Shown here: positions 1-8,614 of the stretch, piece by piece
Numbering within the stretch: the first letter of the stretch is position 1
Layout: every line of letters begins with the position of its first letter
NCBI GenBank assembly: GCA_964633505.1
Contig: CAZWHC010000013.1
Span: 11,685 to 75,684, forward strand
Direction: 5' to 3'
From: an uncultured Rikenellaceae bacterium
GTDB lineage: Bacteria; Bacteroidota; Bacteroidia; Bacteroidales; VadinHA17
Length of the DNA stretch: 64,000 nt
The notes under the pieces: model-generated
Seen by the model: only the letters and a program-made list of their open reading frames with translations
Databases searched by the model: none
What the model was told of the DNA's origin: nothing
Position numbers and translations under genes: made by a program

Positions 1-1793
1 AGCATTTTATCGAGATCGACAACGCTTTTTTTCCATTTCTCAACAAGCCGTATTACATCGCCTGCTGTGAATTCGTTAACAGACTTGTTTTCTTCCTCCT
101 CGATACGCTCCCATGCCCATGCCCATTCCCAGTCATAGTATGACCTGTGCATATTTGTGAATGCAGTGGCGACGCCATCAACAGTGTGTATTTTTCCCGA
201 TTCGATATCATCGAGAAGCTCGCTGACTGCCTGCTTGGGAGCTATGAGCCCTGCCAGATCGACCCATTCGCCTTTTCCCATCGGCTGATCGGGTCTCAAC
301 CTGTCCTGAAGTTCCCTGTTTGTTGTGAAATCAATGTTCTCAAGCCTTTTGATAAGGGAGTTGCCCAGGAATTTATCAATACCCATTTTATAAAGTTCAA
401 GTCCTCGTTCAAGAGAAGGCCCTTTGATTATCATGTTGTTATATGAATATGACCCTGATTCTGATCCCGAAACAGCCTTCAGCCTTCGTAACAGATCCCT
501 CCCTTCAAACATCTTCCTTATAGTATAGGGACTCAGAAGGTTGAAATTCACCTGGTCGTGTTTCAAAGGATCTTTTCTCTTGTCCCTGACTGGCCATTTC
601 TGGGCATCACGTATAGTCCCGACGCTCCTGAGGTTGATACCCGGCACCAGGATGCTTTCATCATTGCTTTCGATAAGGTATGAAAAAGGAAGCGAAGAGG
701 TATCCATGTTTTTATAATGACGCCCCATAACAAGTGTGTATGGGCCTATGCGTGCCGGCCACAGGACGTAGGAATCACTCGTTGTCTTCGAGCCTCTTTC
801 CATTATTCCCTGGTGTATCGGCCCCAGCTTGTACATATGATTGCTCTGGTTCGATCCGCTTCCGGCATTCATGAATGAGAAGATACCGGCAATGAGCAGT
901 GTCGATTTATGATGCGTTACAGTATAAGGCCCTGCGAAAATTGAACACGCCTCGCCGTGATAACCTCCGCAGTTCGCAAAGAACAATGAGTTCTCAGCCG
1001 AATAGTGTTTTCCGAGCACACAACCCTGACCGACAAAGCATTTGTCAATAAGCGTCGATTCGGTTACACTTGATCCTGAACATACTATGAAATGCTCCAT
1101 GATGACACCGGGACCAATAAGAACGGGATCCTCACTGCAACTGTTGACTGATCCTTCATTAAGGCTTATGGCTCCTTCAACATGACTGAACGGACCTATC
1201 CTTACGTTCCTGATATGACGGCAGCTTGTAATCCTTGATCCGGCTCCGATCACACCAGCAGATGAAGATATTGCTGAGGAGTAATCATTTATCATCTGCT
1301 CCATCCTCCTGATGGCTTTTATACGATGCCTGTAGAGCGCCATTATATATGCCTGATGTGCCGATAGCTGATCCCAAATTCTTATCGACCTGCCTCCTGT
1401 TTCGTTTAATACAGCGACCTCGGTTCCGTTTCCGAATGAAGAGATCCCTTCTGTATTTATCTTGCCGCAATTTTTTATAACAACATCATCTTCGATAATA
1501 TAATTTGCTATATAATCGCCGATATTGCTGATATGAACATCCGATCCGATCTCACAGTTATGGATATGTGCATTTGATATGCCTGACCTGAGGCTTACTC
1601 CCGACTCATCGGTACGGGTATTGTTGAATGTACCCAGCTTAATATCACCCGAAAAAATAACATTGTGACACCTGGAGGGATCGAAGCCTTCTTTCACAAA
1701 AATCCTGCTCCATTCATCACAGGAACAACCATTTAATTGCAGTTTACTTATCTCTTCCTGATTGAGCTTCCTGAATTCTTCTGAAGGATTCAT
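1..1793 (-). CDS. Partial CDS (C-terminus beyond window edge): DUF4954-like protein with beta-helix-like repeats
   Basis: Absent from the ORF track because it has no stop in the window. Reverse translation from the ATG (cat at 1791-1793) reads MNPSEEFRKLNQEEISKLQLNGCSCDEWSRIFVKEGF... with no stop down to position 1. The DUF4954 name is from memory of Bacteroidetes glmS neighbours. Confidence 0.7.
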   Translation of the reverse strand, partial: MNPSEEFRKLNQEEISKLQLNGCSCDEWSRIFVKEGFDPSRCHNVIFSGDIKLGTFNNTRTDESGVSLRSGISNAHIHNCEIGSDVHISNIGDYIANYIIEDDVVIKNCGKINTEGISSFGNGTEVAVLNETGGRSIRIWDQLSAHQAYIMALYRHRIKAIRRMEQMINDYSSAISSSAGVIGAGSRITSCRHIRNVRIGPFSHVEGAISLNEGSVNSCSEDPVLIGPGVIMEHFIVCSGSSVTESTLIDKCFVGQGCVLGKHYSAENSLFFANCGGYHGEACSIFAGPYTVTHHKSTLLIAGIFSFMNAGSGSNQSNHMYKLGPIHQGIMERGSKTTSDSYVLWPARIGPYTLVMGRHYKNMDTSSLPFSYLIESNDESILVPGINLRSVGTIRDAQKWPVRDKRKDPLKHDQVNFNLLSPYTIRKMFEGRDLLRRLKAVSGSESGSYSYNNMIIKGPSLERGLELYKMGIDKFLGNSLIKRLENIDFTTNRELQDRLRPDQPMGKGEWVDLAGLIAPKQAVSELLDDIESGKIHTVDGVATAFTNMHRSYYDWEWAWAWERIEEEENKSVNEFTAGDVIRLVEKWKKSVVDLDKM

Positions 1794-1804
1794 ACCGGTG
1801 TTAT

Positions 1805-3640
1805 TTATTCAACTGTAACTGATTTGGCAAGGTTTCTGGGTTGATCTACATTGCAGCCTCTGAGGACAGCTATATGATATGACAGAAGCTGAAGGGGGAT
1901 TACAGCCAGTACAGCCGAGAATGCAGGCAGCGTCTCAGGCACTTCGAGAACAAAGTCGGCCATCCTTTTTATCAGCTCATCGCCTTCTGTAACAATGGCA
2001 ATCACATTACCCTTGCGTGCTTTTATCTCCTGAATATTGCTTATTATTTTCTCGTATGTATCATCTTTCGTGGCTACAACCACCACCGGCATATTCTCAT
2101 CAATAAGTGCAATTGGTCCGTGCTTCATCTCGGCTGCGGGATATCCTTCAGCATGTATGTAGGAGATCTCCTTCAGTTTAAGAGCTCCTTCGAGAGCCAC
2201 GGGAAAAAGGAAACCCCTGCCAAGATACAGGGCATTCCGGGTTTGCTGGTATTTGGTTGCAAGTTCAAATACCTGGTCATTCATTTTAAGGGCCTTTTCA
2301 ATTTTTGAAGGTATTGAAACAAGTTCGTCGATAAGAAGTTTGTATTTCTCAGGCGAAATGATGCCTTTCAGGAAACCTATCTCAAAAGCCATCATTGCAA
2401 GTACTGTCACCTGTGTTGTGAAAGCCTTTGTTGATGCAACTCCTATTTCAGGTCCGGCATGGGTATATACGCCAGCATTGGTTTCACGCGGGATGCTGGA
2501 GCCAACCACATTGCAGATGCCAAGCACTATTGCGCCCTTTTCCTTTGCAAGTTTTACGGCAGCAAGAGTATCTGCTGTTTCGCCGCTCTGGCTGATGGCT
2601 ATTACGATATCTCCCTTTTTTATTATCGGATCCCTGTACCGGAACTCCGAAGCATATTCGACCTCGACAGGTATTCTTGTATATTCCTCAAAAAGATATT
2701 CTCCAAGTAAACCTGCATGCCATGATGTGCCGCAGGCGACAATTATTATCCTTTCCGATTGCGATATCGTCTCAAGGACGCTGTGCAGGCCCCCGAGCAT
2801 TATACCACTATGGTCGGGAAGAACTCTTCCCCTGAAGGTATCATGGATTGCCCTGGGCTGTTCATTGATCTCCTTGAGCATAAAATGGGCGAAACCCTCC
2901 TTGTCGATCTCCCCGATTTTCAGGTCGACCTGTTTTACCTCTGGTTCCCTTCTTCCGGGCCTTATATTTTTCAGGATAAGCTCATCCCTTTTTACAATGG
3001 CAATATCATCATCCTTAAGGTAAATAACTCTCTGGGTATGTTCTACAATGGGTGTGGCATCAGATGCTATAAAATTCTCTCCTTCCCCCACTCCGATTAC
3101 AAGTGGACTGCCCTTGCGTGCGGCAAAAAGCTTATCTGTCTCCTTTGTACAGATTATGACAAGGCCATAGGCGCCCTCGACCCTGTTCAGAGCCAGTGAT
3201 ATTGCCTGTTCAGCCGTAAGATCCCCTTCAAGATACAAATGTTCAATCAGGTTGGCCAGGACTTCAGTGTCGGTCTGGCTGGTGAATTCGATTCCCCGGC
3301 TTTGAAGATGTTTTTTTATAAGGGCATAATTTTCGATAATGCCGTTGTGTACAACGACAAAATTACCTTTATAGGAAACCTGGGGATGGGCATTCAGCTC
3401 ATTGGGCTCACCATGTGTGGCCCATCTTGTATGCCCCATACCAACAGAGCCGTTGAAATCAGTCTGATTCACCATCTCCTCAAGGTCAGTAACCCTGCCT
3501 TTGCATTTGAATATCTTCGTTTCTCCGTTAACAATGGCAAGGCCTGCCGAGTCATAACCCCTGTATTCGAGCCGTTTCAGGCCCTTGATCACTATCTCGC
3601 GGGCTGGTTTTGTTCCAATATATCCTACAATTCCACACAT
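1805..3640 (-). CDS. glmS: Glutamine--fructose-6-phosphate aminotransferase (isomerizing)
   Basis: 611 aa with N-terminal MCGIVGYIG (Ntn amidotransferase Cys), tandem SIS-type region and C-terminal ...LAKSVTVE. Confidence 0.97.
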   Translation of the reverse strand: MCGIVGYIGTKPAREIVIKGLKRLEYRGYDSAGLAIVNGETKIFKCKGRVTDLEEMVNQTDFNGSVGMGHTRWATHGEPNELNAHPQVSYKGNFVVVHNGIIENYALIKKHLQSRGIEFTSQTDTEVLANLIEHLYLEGDLTAEQAISLALNRVEGAYGLVIICTKETDKLFAARKGSPLVIGVGEGENFIASDATPIVEHTQRVIYLKDDDIAIVKRDELILKNIRPGRREPEVKQVDLKIGEIDKEGFAHFMLKEINEQPRAIHDTFRGRVLPDHSGIMLGGLHSVLETISQSERIIIVACGTSWHAGLLGEYLFEEYTRIPVEVEYASEFRYRDPIIKKGDIVIAISQSGETADTLAAVKLAKEKGAIVLGICNVVGSSIPRETNAGVYTHAGPEIGVASTKAFTTQVTVLAMMAFEIGFLKGIISPEKYKLLIDELVSIPSKIEKALKMNDQVFELATKYQQTRNALYLGRGFLFPVALEGALKLKEISYIHAEGYPAAEMKHGPIALIDENMPVVVVATKDDTYEKIISNIQEIKARKGNVIAIVTEGDELIKRMADFVLEVPETLPAFSAVLAVIPLQLLSYHIAVLRGCNVDQPRNLAKSVTVE

Positions 3641-3750
3641 AACCGGATTATATAAAAGTTAATAAAACGTCCTGATAAAATCAGGCCATATCATAGGTAA
3701 GAAAACGTATAAAGAAACGCAATTATTGCTGATACACAGAAAGAAGATGA

Positions 3751-4557
3751 TCAGGAAAGCAAGGTGTCATAAAAGTCGTTATAGGCATCTATATATTTCG
3801 ATTCATCCTGGAACTCAAGCACAGGTTTATTAATCGACCTGATATGCTTCTGCAGCTCGCTGTTTATCTCCTCGCTGCCTACAATCACTGCATCAGAATA
3901 TTTAATTGCAAGTTTTGAGACATTAACAAAATCGGGGGTTTTGACAAGCTTAAGGCTTTCCCCGTCAATACCGTCAAACCTCAGTTTATCGGCGAATGTC
4001 GGACGGAAGGGTGTTTTGAAATCGTTGTTATATACCGAGTAAACAATCTTATAATTATGGAACAAAGGATCATCATTGTAGATATTCCTGAGATAAACAG
4101 GAACAAGAGCAGCCATCCAGCCGTGACAATGAACAATATCGGGAGCCCACCTCAGTTTTTTTACAGTCTCAATGACACCCCTGGCAAAGAAGAGCGCCCT
4201 CTCATCATTGTCTTCAAACTCCTTGCCCCCGGCATCGGCCACAGTATGCTTGCGCTGAAAATAATCTTCATTGTCAATGAAGTAGACCTGCATGCGGGCC
4301 GACTGAATTGAGGCTACCTTAATGATGAGCGGATGGTCGGTGTCGTCGATGATGAGATTCATCCCTGAAAGCCTTATCACCTCATGAAGCTGATTCCTCC
4401 TTTCATTGATACTGCCGTAACGTGGCATGAAAGTCCTTATCTCCTTCCCTTTATCCTGAATACCCTGAGGAAGATACCTGCCAATTTTTGACAACTTAGT
4501 TTCACCAAGATAGGGAGTGATTTCCTGAGAAATGAATAATACCTTTTTGCTTTCCAT
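3751..4557 (-). CDS. Short glycogen/starch synthase-like protein (GT5 N-terminal half only)
   Basis: 268 aa: KVLFISQEITPY..., HCHGWMAALVP. It resembles only the N-terminal Rossmann half of GlgA. Confidence 0.75.
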   Translation of the reverse strand: MESKKVLFISQEITPYLGETKLSKIGRYLPQGIQDKGKEIRTFMPRYGSINERRNQLHEVIRLSGMNLIIDDTDHPLIIKVASIQSARMQVYFIDNEDYFQRKHTVADAGGKEFEDNDERALFFARGVIETVKKLRWAPDIVHCHGWMAALVPVYLRNIYNDDPLFHNYKIVYSVYNNDFKTPFRPTFADKLRFDGIDGESLKLVKTPDFVNVSKLAIKYSDAVIVGSEEINSELQKHIRSINKPVLEFQDESKYIDAYNDFYDTLLS

Positions 4558-4592
4558 TTACATGCCTGGATATACCATTCCGTAACAAGTTG

Positions 4593-4600
4593 CAAAGATA
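4593..4600 (-). promoter_or_regulatory. Bacteroidetes-type -7 box (TATCTTTG on minus strand)
   Basis: Matches TAnnTTTG, 35 nt upstream of the ATG at 4557. Confidence 0.4.
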
Positions 4601-4705
4601 ATAATAAAAAATGACATAATTGCCAACACACAAATGGCGGAAATACAGAGTTCCCTATGTTTTAAAATATTTTATTAACCGGGGCTTTTAATCCTTATTT
4701 TCATT

Positions 4706-4713
4706 TAGGTTTG
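4706..4713 (+). promoter_or_regulatory. Bacteroidetes-type -7 box (TAGGTTTG) for panC
   Basis: Matches TAnnTTTG, 17 nt upstream of the ATG at 4731. Confidence 0.45.
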
Positions 4714-4730
4714 CAGAAAATCTTTCGGAA

Positions 4731-5585
4731 ATGAAAGTCATTGCCAAAAAAGACGAACTGTCGGGGTTCATAAAGGAGGCCGGATTATCGCCCGTGGGCT
4801 TTGTTCCTACGATGGGAGCTCTCCATCAGGGACATATCTCCCTTGTTGAAAATGCTGTGTTGCAGTGCCCTCTCACCGTGGTTAGTATCTACGTGAATCC
4901 CACACAGTTCAATGATAAAAATGACCTGCGTAACTATCCCCGCTGTCTTCCCGACGATCTTAAGCTTCTTGCAGGTGCGATGCGTGAAAATGATGTTGTA
5001 TTTATTCCCGACGACAGGGAAATGTACCCTGAAGAGGATAAAAGAATATTTGATTTCGGTAACCTCGCGAATGTAATGGAGGCCCTCCACCGGCCCGGTC
5101 ATTTTAATGGCGTTGCGCAGGTAGTATCAAAGTTGTTCGATATAGTAAATCCTGATATTGCCTTTTTCGGGCAGAAGGATTTCCAGCAGGTAGCTGTCAT
5201 ACGTGAACTGGTAAGGCAGAACGGTTATAAGGTAAAGATTATAGCCTGCCCGATAGTAAGGGAGAAGGATGGACTTGCAATGAGCAGCAGGAATCAGCTC
5301 CTTGAGCCACAGATACGCTTAGATGCCCCTGTCATTTATTCTTCAATTTCCTCAGCGGCTGAAAAAATTACAGCCCTCGATATTCCATCGCTGAAGAATA
5401 AGGTTAAAAGGGATATCGAAAAAAAAGAGGGATTTAAGGTTGAATATTTTGAAATTGTGGATGACCGGGAGTTAATACCCGTTGCTTCGAGGAAAGAAAT
5501 GCAACCCGGGAAACGGTATTTTGGCTGCATCGCTGTTAAGGCGGGAAGGATACGTTTGATAGATAATATTGAAATTCCCTTGTAA
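4731..5585 (+). CDS. panC: Pantoate--beta-alanine ligase
   Basis: 284 aa with the PTMGALHQGH motif (HIGH-like) and a typical PanC layout. Confidence 0.95.
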   Translation: MKVIAKKDELSGFIKEAGLSPVGFVPTMGALHQGHISLVENAVLQCPLTVVSIYVNPTQFNDKNDLRNYPRCLPDDLKLLAGAMRENDVVFIPDDREMYPEEDKRIFDFGNLANVMEALHRPGHFNGVAQVVSKLFDIVNPDIAFFGQKDFQQVAVIRELVRQNGYKVKIIACPIVREKDGLAMSSRNQLLEPQIRLDAPVIYSSISSAAEKITALDIPSLKNKVKRDIEKKEGFKVEYFEIVDDRELIPVASRKEMQPGKRYFGCIAVKAGRIRLIDNIEIPL

Positions 5586-5602
5586 TCAATCAAAAGGATA
5601 GC

Positions 5603-5610
5603 TAAATTTG
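5603..5610 (+). promoter_or_regulatory. Bacteroidetes-type -7 box (TAAATTTG) ahead of panD
   Basis: Matches TAnnTTTG, 24 nt upstream of the ATG at 5635. It overlaps the TTG used as start in the ORF track, which argues for the internal ATG. Confidence 0.4.
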
Positions 5611-5634
5611 CGGCTTGAAAATAACGGTATCAGG

Positions 5635-5985
5635 ATGCTAATAGAAATACTCAAATCGAAGATCCACCAGGTGACTGTCACAGAGGCTAACCTGAATTAT
5701 GTCGGAAGCGTAACTATCGATGAGGATCTGATGGATGCATCAGGGATTATTGAAAACGAAAAAGTACAGGTTCTTGACATCAATAACGGAGAACGTCTCG
5801 AAACCTACGTCATAAAAGGGAAAAGAGGTTCGGGTGAGATCTGCATGAACGGTCCGGCAGCAAGGAAAGTTGCAGTCGGCGATGTAATCATAATTATGTC
5901 ATTTGCATCTCTCGATTTCGAGGAGGCAAAATCATTCAGACCCTCAATCATTTTCCCCGATACAAACACAAATAAGCTCATATAG
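5635..5985 (+). CDS. panD: Aspartate 1-decarboxylase
   Basis: [29 protein letters not shown] contains the Gly-Ser self-processing site. Start moved from the track TTG at 5608 to the ATG at 5635. Confidence 0.93.
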   Translation: MLIEILKSKIHQVTVTEANLNYVGSVTIDEDLMDASGIIENEKVQVLDINNGERLETYVIKGKRGSGEICMNGPAARKVAVGDVIIIMSFASLDFEEAKSFRPSIIFPDTNTNKLI

Positions 5986-7002
5986 TTGAAGAAAGGTATT
6001 AAACAAACCATACAATTTCTTATCTTTCTTGCAGCAGGCATTTTTCTTCTCTGGATAGCTTTCAGGAATGTGGAATTCGACAGGCTTCTTCAGGGTTTGA
6101 AAAATGCAGACTACAAATGGGTTGTGCTTTCACTTGTATTCGCATCGCTTGCCTACCTGAGCAGAGCCCGCCGATGGGTAATTCTTGTACATCCGCTCGG
6201 TTATAAGCCTTCATTCTCATCCACATTTTATGCCCTGATGACAGGTTACATGGCAAACCTGGCCCTTCCGAGGATAGGAGAAATAACACGTTGCGTGGCT
6301 CTGGGCAAAAAGGAAAAGGTCCCCGTCGACCAGCTTATCGGAACTGTAGTCATCGAAAGGACTGTCGACCTGGTTGCACTGTTGTCAATACTTGCCGGAC
6401 TGATTATTGCAAGGGGAGAACAGGTAAACCAGTTCCTGAAGGTAAGCATCTTCATCCCTCTGAGAGAGAAAGTATTTTCAGCTTTCGGGGCTGCCTGGGT
6501 ATTATGGGTACTCCTTGCAGTGATTTTCCTTATTTCTTTGTTCCTCCTGGTCCGCTACAGAAAGCAACTGCGGAAAAACAAGCTTTTCGCAAAGTTCTTT
6601 GATCTTGCAAGAGGTATTATCAACGGCCTTAAGACAATAACAAGCCTGAATCATAAATGGGAATTTATTTTCCATACAATATTTATCTGGATTAATTATA
6701 CCCTCATGACCTGGGTCGTTGTATTTGCAATTGATCCTACATCCCATCTCACTCTGGGCGATGGCGTGTTTCTGCTTGTAATAGGCGGACTTGCAATGTC
6801 GGCACCGGTTCAGAGCGGATTGGGAGCCTTTCATTATATAATCTCCCGCGGACTGGCATTTGTTGAAGGTGTGAAAATTGAAGACGGTCTCGTTTATGCT
6901 TTTCTTACCCATGAGTCTCAGATGCTTTTCGTGATCATCGTGGGCGCAATATCCTTCTTCATGATCTTCAGGAAAAACAGTGAAAAATCCTCTTCTTCCT
7001 GA
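5986..7002 (+). CDS. Lysylphosphatidylglycerol-synthase-TM-like (flippase-like) membrane protein
   Basis: 338 aa, multi-pass membrane protein with RARRW and PRIGEITR motifs typical of the LPG_synthase_TM family. TTG start directly after the panD stop, with no in-frame ATG nearby. Confidence 0.7.
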   Translation: MKKGIKQTIQFLIFLAAGIFLLWIAFRNVEFDRLLQGLKNADYKWVVLSLVFASLAYLSRARRWVILVHPLGYKPSFSSTFYALMTGYMANLALPRIGEITRCVALGKKEKVPVDQLIGTVVIERTVDLVALLSILAGLIIARGEQVNQFLKVSIFIPLREKVFSAFGAAWVLWVLLAVIFLISLFLLVRYRKQLRKNKLFAKFFDLARGIINGLKTITSLNHKWEFIFHTIFIWINYTLMTWVVVFAIDPTSHLTLGDGVFLLVIGGLAMSAPVQSGLGAFHYIISRGLAFVEGVKIEDGLVYAFLTHESQMLFVIIVGAISFFMIFRKNSEKSSSS

Positions 7003-7139
7003 CCTCCCTCTTTGCGATCTTTGCAGATCACTCTGCGCCCTTTGCGGTTAAATATTTATTCCCCAAATTCAATTTCATGGCCAAAAAGAAATAACCCCGC
7101 TTCCACCAACTATTTCCAAAATAGATTTAAATTTAAATC

Positions 7140-8501
7140 ATGGCAAAATCCAAAACTGTCTTCGTCTGCCAGAACTGCGGGGCCGAATCTCCGAAATGGA
7201 TCGGAAGGTGCCCTTCATGCAAGGAATGGAATACATATCATGAGGAGATAATCCCTGCCGCTTCTCCGCGTGAAAGCGCCTGGATCTCTGATCGTGAACA
7301 TAAAAAACCTGAACTTCTTCACGAAATAAAGACCGACGAACACCACCGTCTTGGAACAGGGATCGCGGAACTCGACAGGATTCTGGGCGGAGGAATGGTT
7401 GCCGGATCGCTAATACTGCTCGGCGGTGAGCCAGGAGTTGGCAAATCCACACTCGCCCTTCAGCTTGCTCTGGCAATGAACAACAAAAGTATCCTTTACG
7501 TCTCGGGCGAAGAGAGCGGGGAACAGATAGGGCTTAGGGCAAAACGGCTTGGTAAATCAAATCCTTCATGCTATATCTTCAGCGAAACAGATCTTGAAAA
7601 TATTCTTGTCCAGGCTGAGAACCTCAGGCCCGGATTAATAATAATTGATTCGATTCAGACTATCCATTCAGGTATTCTGGAATCATCGGCCGGATCAGTG
7701 TCACAGGTGCGTGAGTGTGCAGCCGGTTTGCTCAAATTCTCAAAGATAACAGGCATACCTGTCTTTTTGATCGGTCATATCACAAAGGACGGAACACTTG
7801 CCGGACCCAAGGTCCTGGAGCATATTGTCGATGTGGTACTGTATTTCGAGGGCGACAACAATTACATTTACCGTTTACTCAGGTCTGTTAAGAACAGGTT
7901 TGGCTCGACCTCTGAACTTGCAATATTTGAAATGGTTGAAAACGGGCTGAGAGAGGTGGCGAACCCTTCGGAAATGTTCATTAACCAGCATGATGAACCA
8001 CTGAGTGGTATTACCATTGCCGCAACTATCGATGGACTGAGGCCCTTTTTAATTGAAACACAGGCTCTTGTAAGCAGCGCTGTTTATGGCACACCCCAGC
8101 GCAGCTCAACCGGATTCGATATCCGGCGTCTTAACATGCTGCTGGCAGTCCTCGAGAAAAGAGCCGGTTTCAGGCTTGGAGTCAAGGATGTATTTCTGAA
8201 TATAGCCGGTGGGATCAAAGTTGTTGATCCCGCTATTGATCTTGCAATAATTGCATCTGTGCTCTCTTCAAACCTCGATATACCAGTCGGAAAAAATGTC
8301 TGCTTCACAGGTGAGGTCGGCCTTTCGGGCGAGATCAGGCCTGTTTCGAGAATCGAGCAGAGGATAAGGGAAGCATCAAAGATGGGATTCGAAAAAATAT
8401 ATATATCAAAATTCCACAGGAACATTTCAATAAAAGGAACTGGAATCGACGTCATTCAGGTCGGCAAGGTCGAATCGCTTGTACGCTCCCTCTTCAGCTG
8501 A
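7140..8501 (+). CDS. radA: DNA repair protein RadA/Sms
   Basis: 453 aa with an N-terminal CxxC...CxxC zinc ribbon, Walker A GEPGVGKST, the KNRFG motif and a Lon-like C-terminal domain. Confidence 0.95.
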   Translation: MAKSKTVFVCQNCGAESPKWIGRCPSCKEWNTYHEEIIPAASPRESAWISDREHKKPELLHEIKTDEHHRLGTGIAELDRILGGGMVAGSLILLGGEPGVGKSTLALQLALAMNNKSILYVSGEESGEQIGLRAKRLGKSNPSCYIFSETDLENILVQAENLRPGLIIIDSIQTIHSGILESSAGSVSQVRECAAGLLKFSKITGIPVFLIGHITKDGTLAGPKVLEHIVDVVLYFEGDNNYIYRLLRSVKNRFGSTSELAIFEMVENGLREVANPSEMFINQHDEPLSGITIAATIDGLRPFLIETQALVSSAVYGTPQRSSTGFDIRRLNMLLAVLEKRAGFRLGVKDVFLNIAGGIKVVDPAIDLAIIASVLSSNLDIPVGKNVCFTGEVGLSGEIRPVSRIEQRIREASKMGFEKIYISKFHRNISIKGTGIDVIQVGKVESLVRSLFS

Positions 8502-8525
8502 CTCCTTGCTTGCGCTCCGCAAAAC

Positions 8526-8578
8526 AACCCACCCCTGCCCCCACGCTGGTGCGTGGCAGGCTCTCCCGGGAGGGGATC
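8526..8578 (+). repeat. G/C-rich palindromic repeat, long variant (copy A)
   Basis: aacccacccctgccccc...ggcaggctctcccgggaggggatc. It shares the ACCCACCCCT head and the GGCAGGCTCTCC-NN-GGAGGGGA tail with copies at 56696-56749 and 57207-57267. Confidence 0.75.
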
Positions 8579-8579
8579 A

Positions 8580-8614
8580 CAACCTGCAACTTGCAACCTG
8601 CAACTTGCAACTTC
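8580..8614. repeat. Heptamer tandem repeat (CAACYTG) x5
   Basis: caacctg caacttg caacctg caacttg caacttc, ending exactly at the PBP1A stop codon (cta at 8615-8617). Confidence 0.9.

Noticed and set aside
147-1470. Track ORFs 147..446 (+) and 1285..1470 (-)
   Set aside because: They lie inside, and out of frame or antisense to, the long uninterrupted minus-strand frame that starts at 1793 and runs off the window. They have no protein-like motifs.
2253-3023. 256-aa ORF antisense to glmS, plus other + strand ORFs at 2120-3655
   Set aside because: These are shadow ORFs opposite a highly conserved gene, with low-complexity Ser/Pro/Ile-rich translations.
3671-3685. Hairpin cctgat-aaa-atcagg as terminator of the glycogen-synthase-like gene
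   Set aside because: It has a short AU-rich 6-bp stem with only a weak, interrupted T-run on the minus strand, which is not enough to call.
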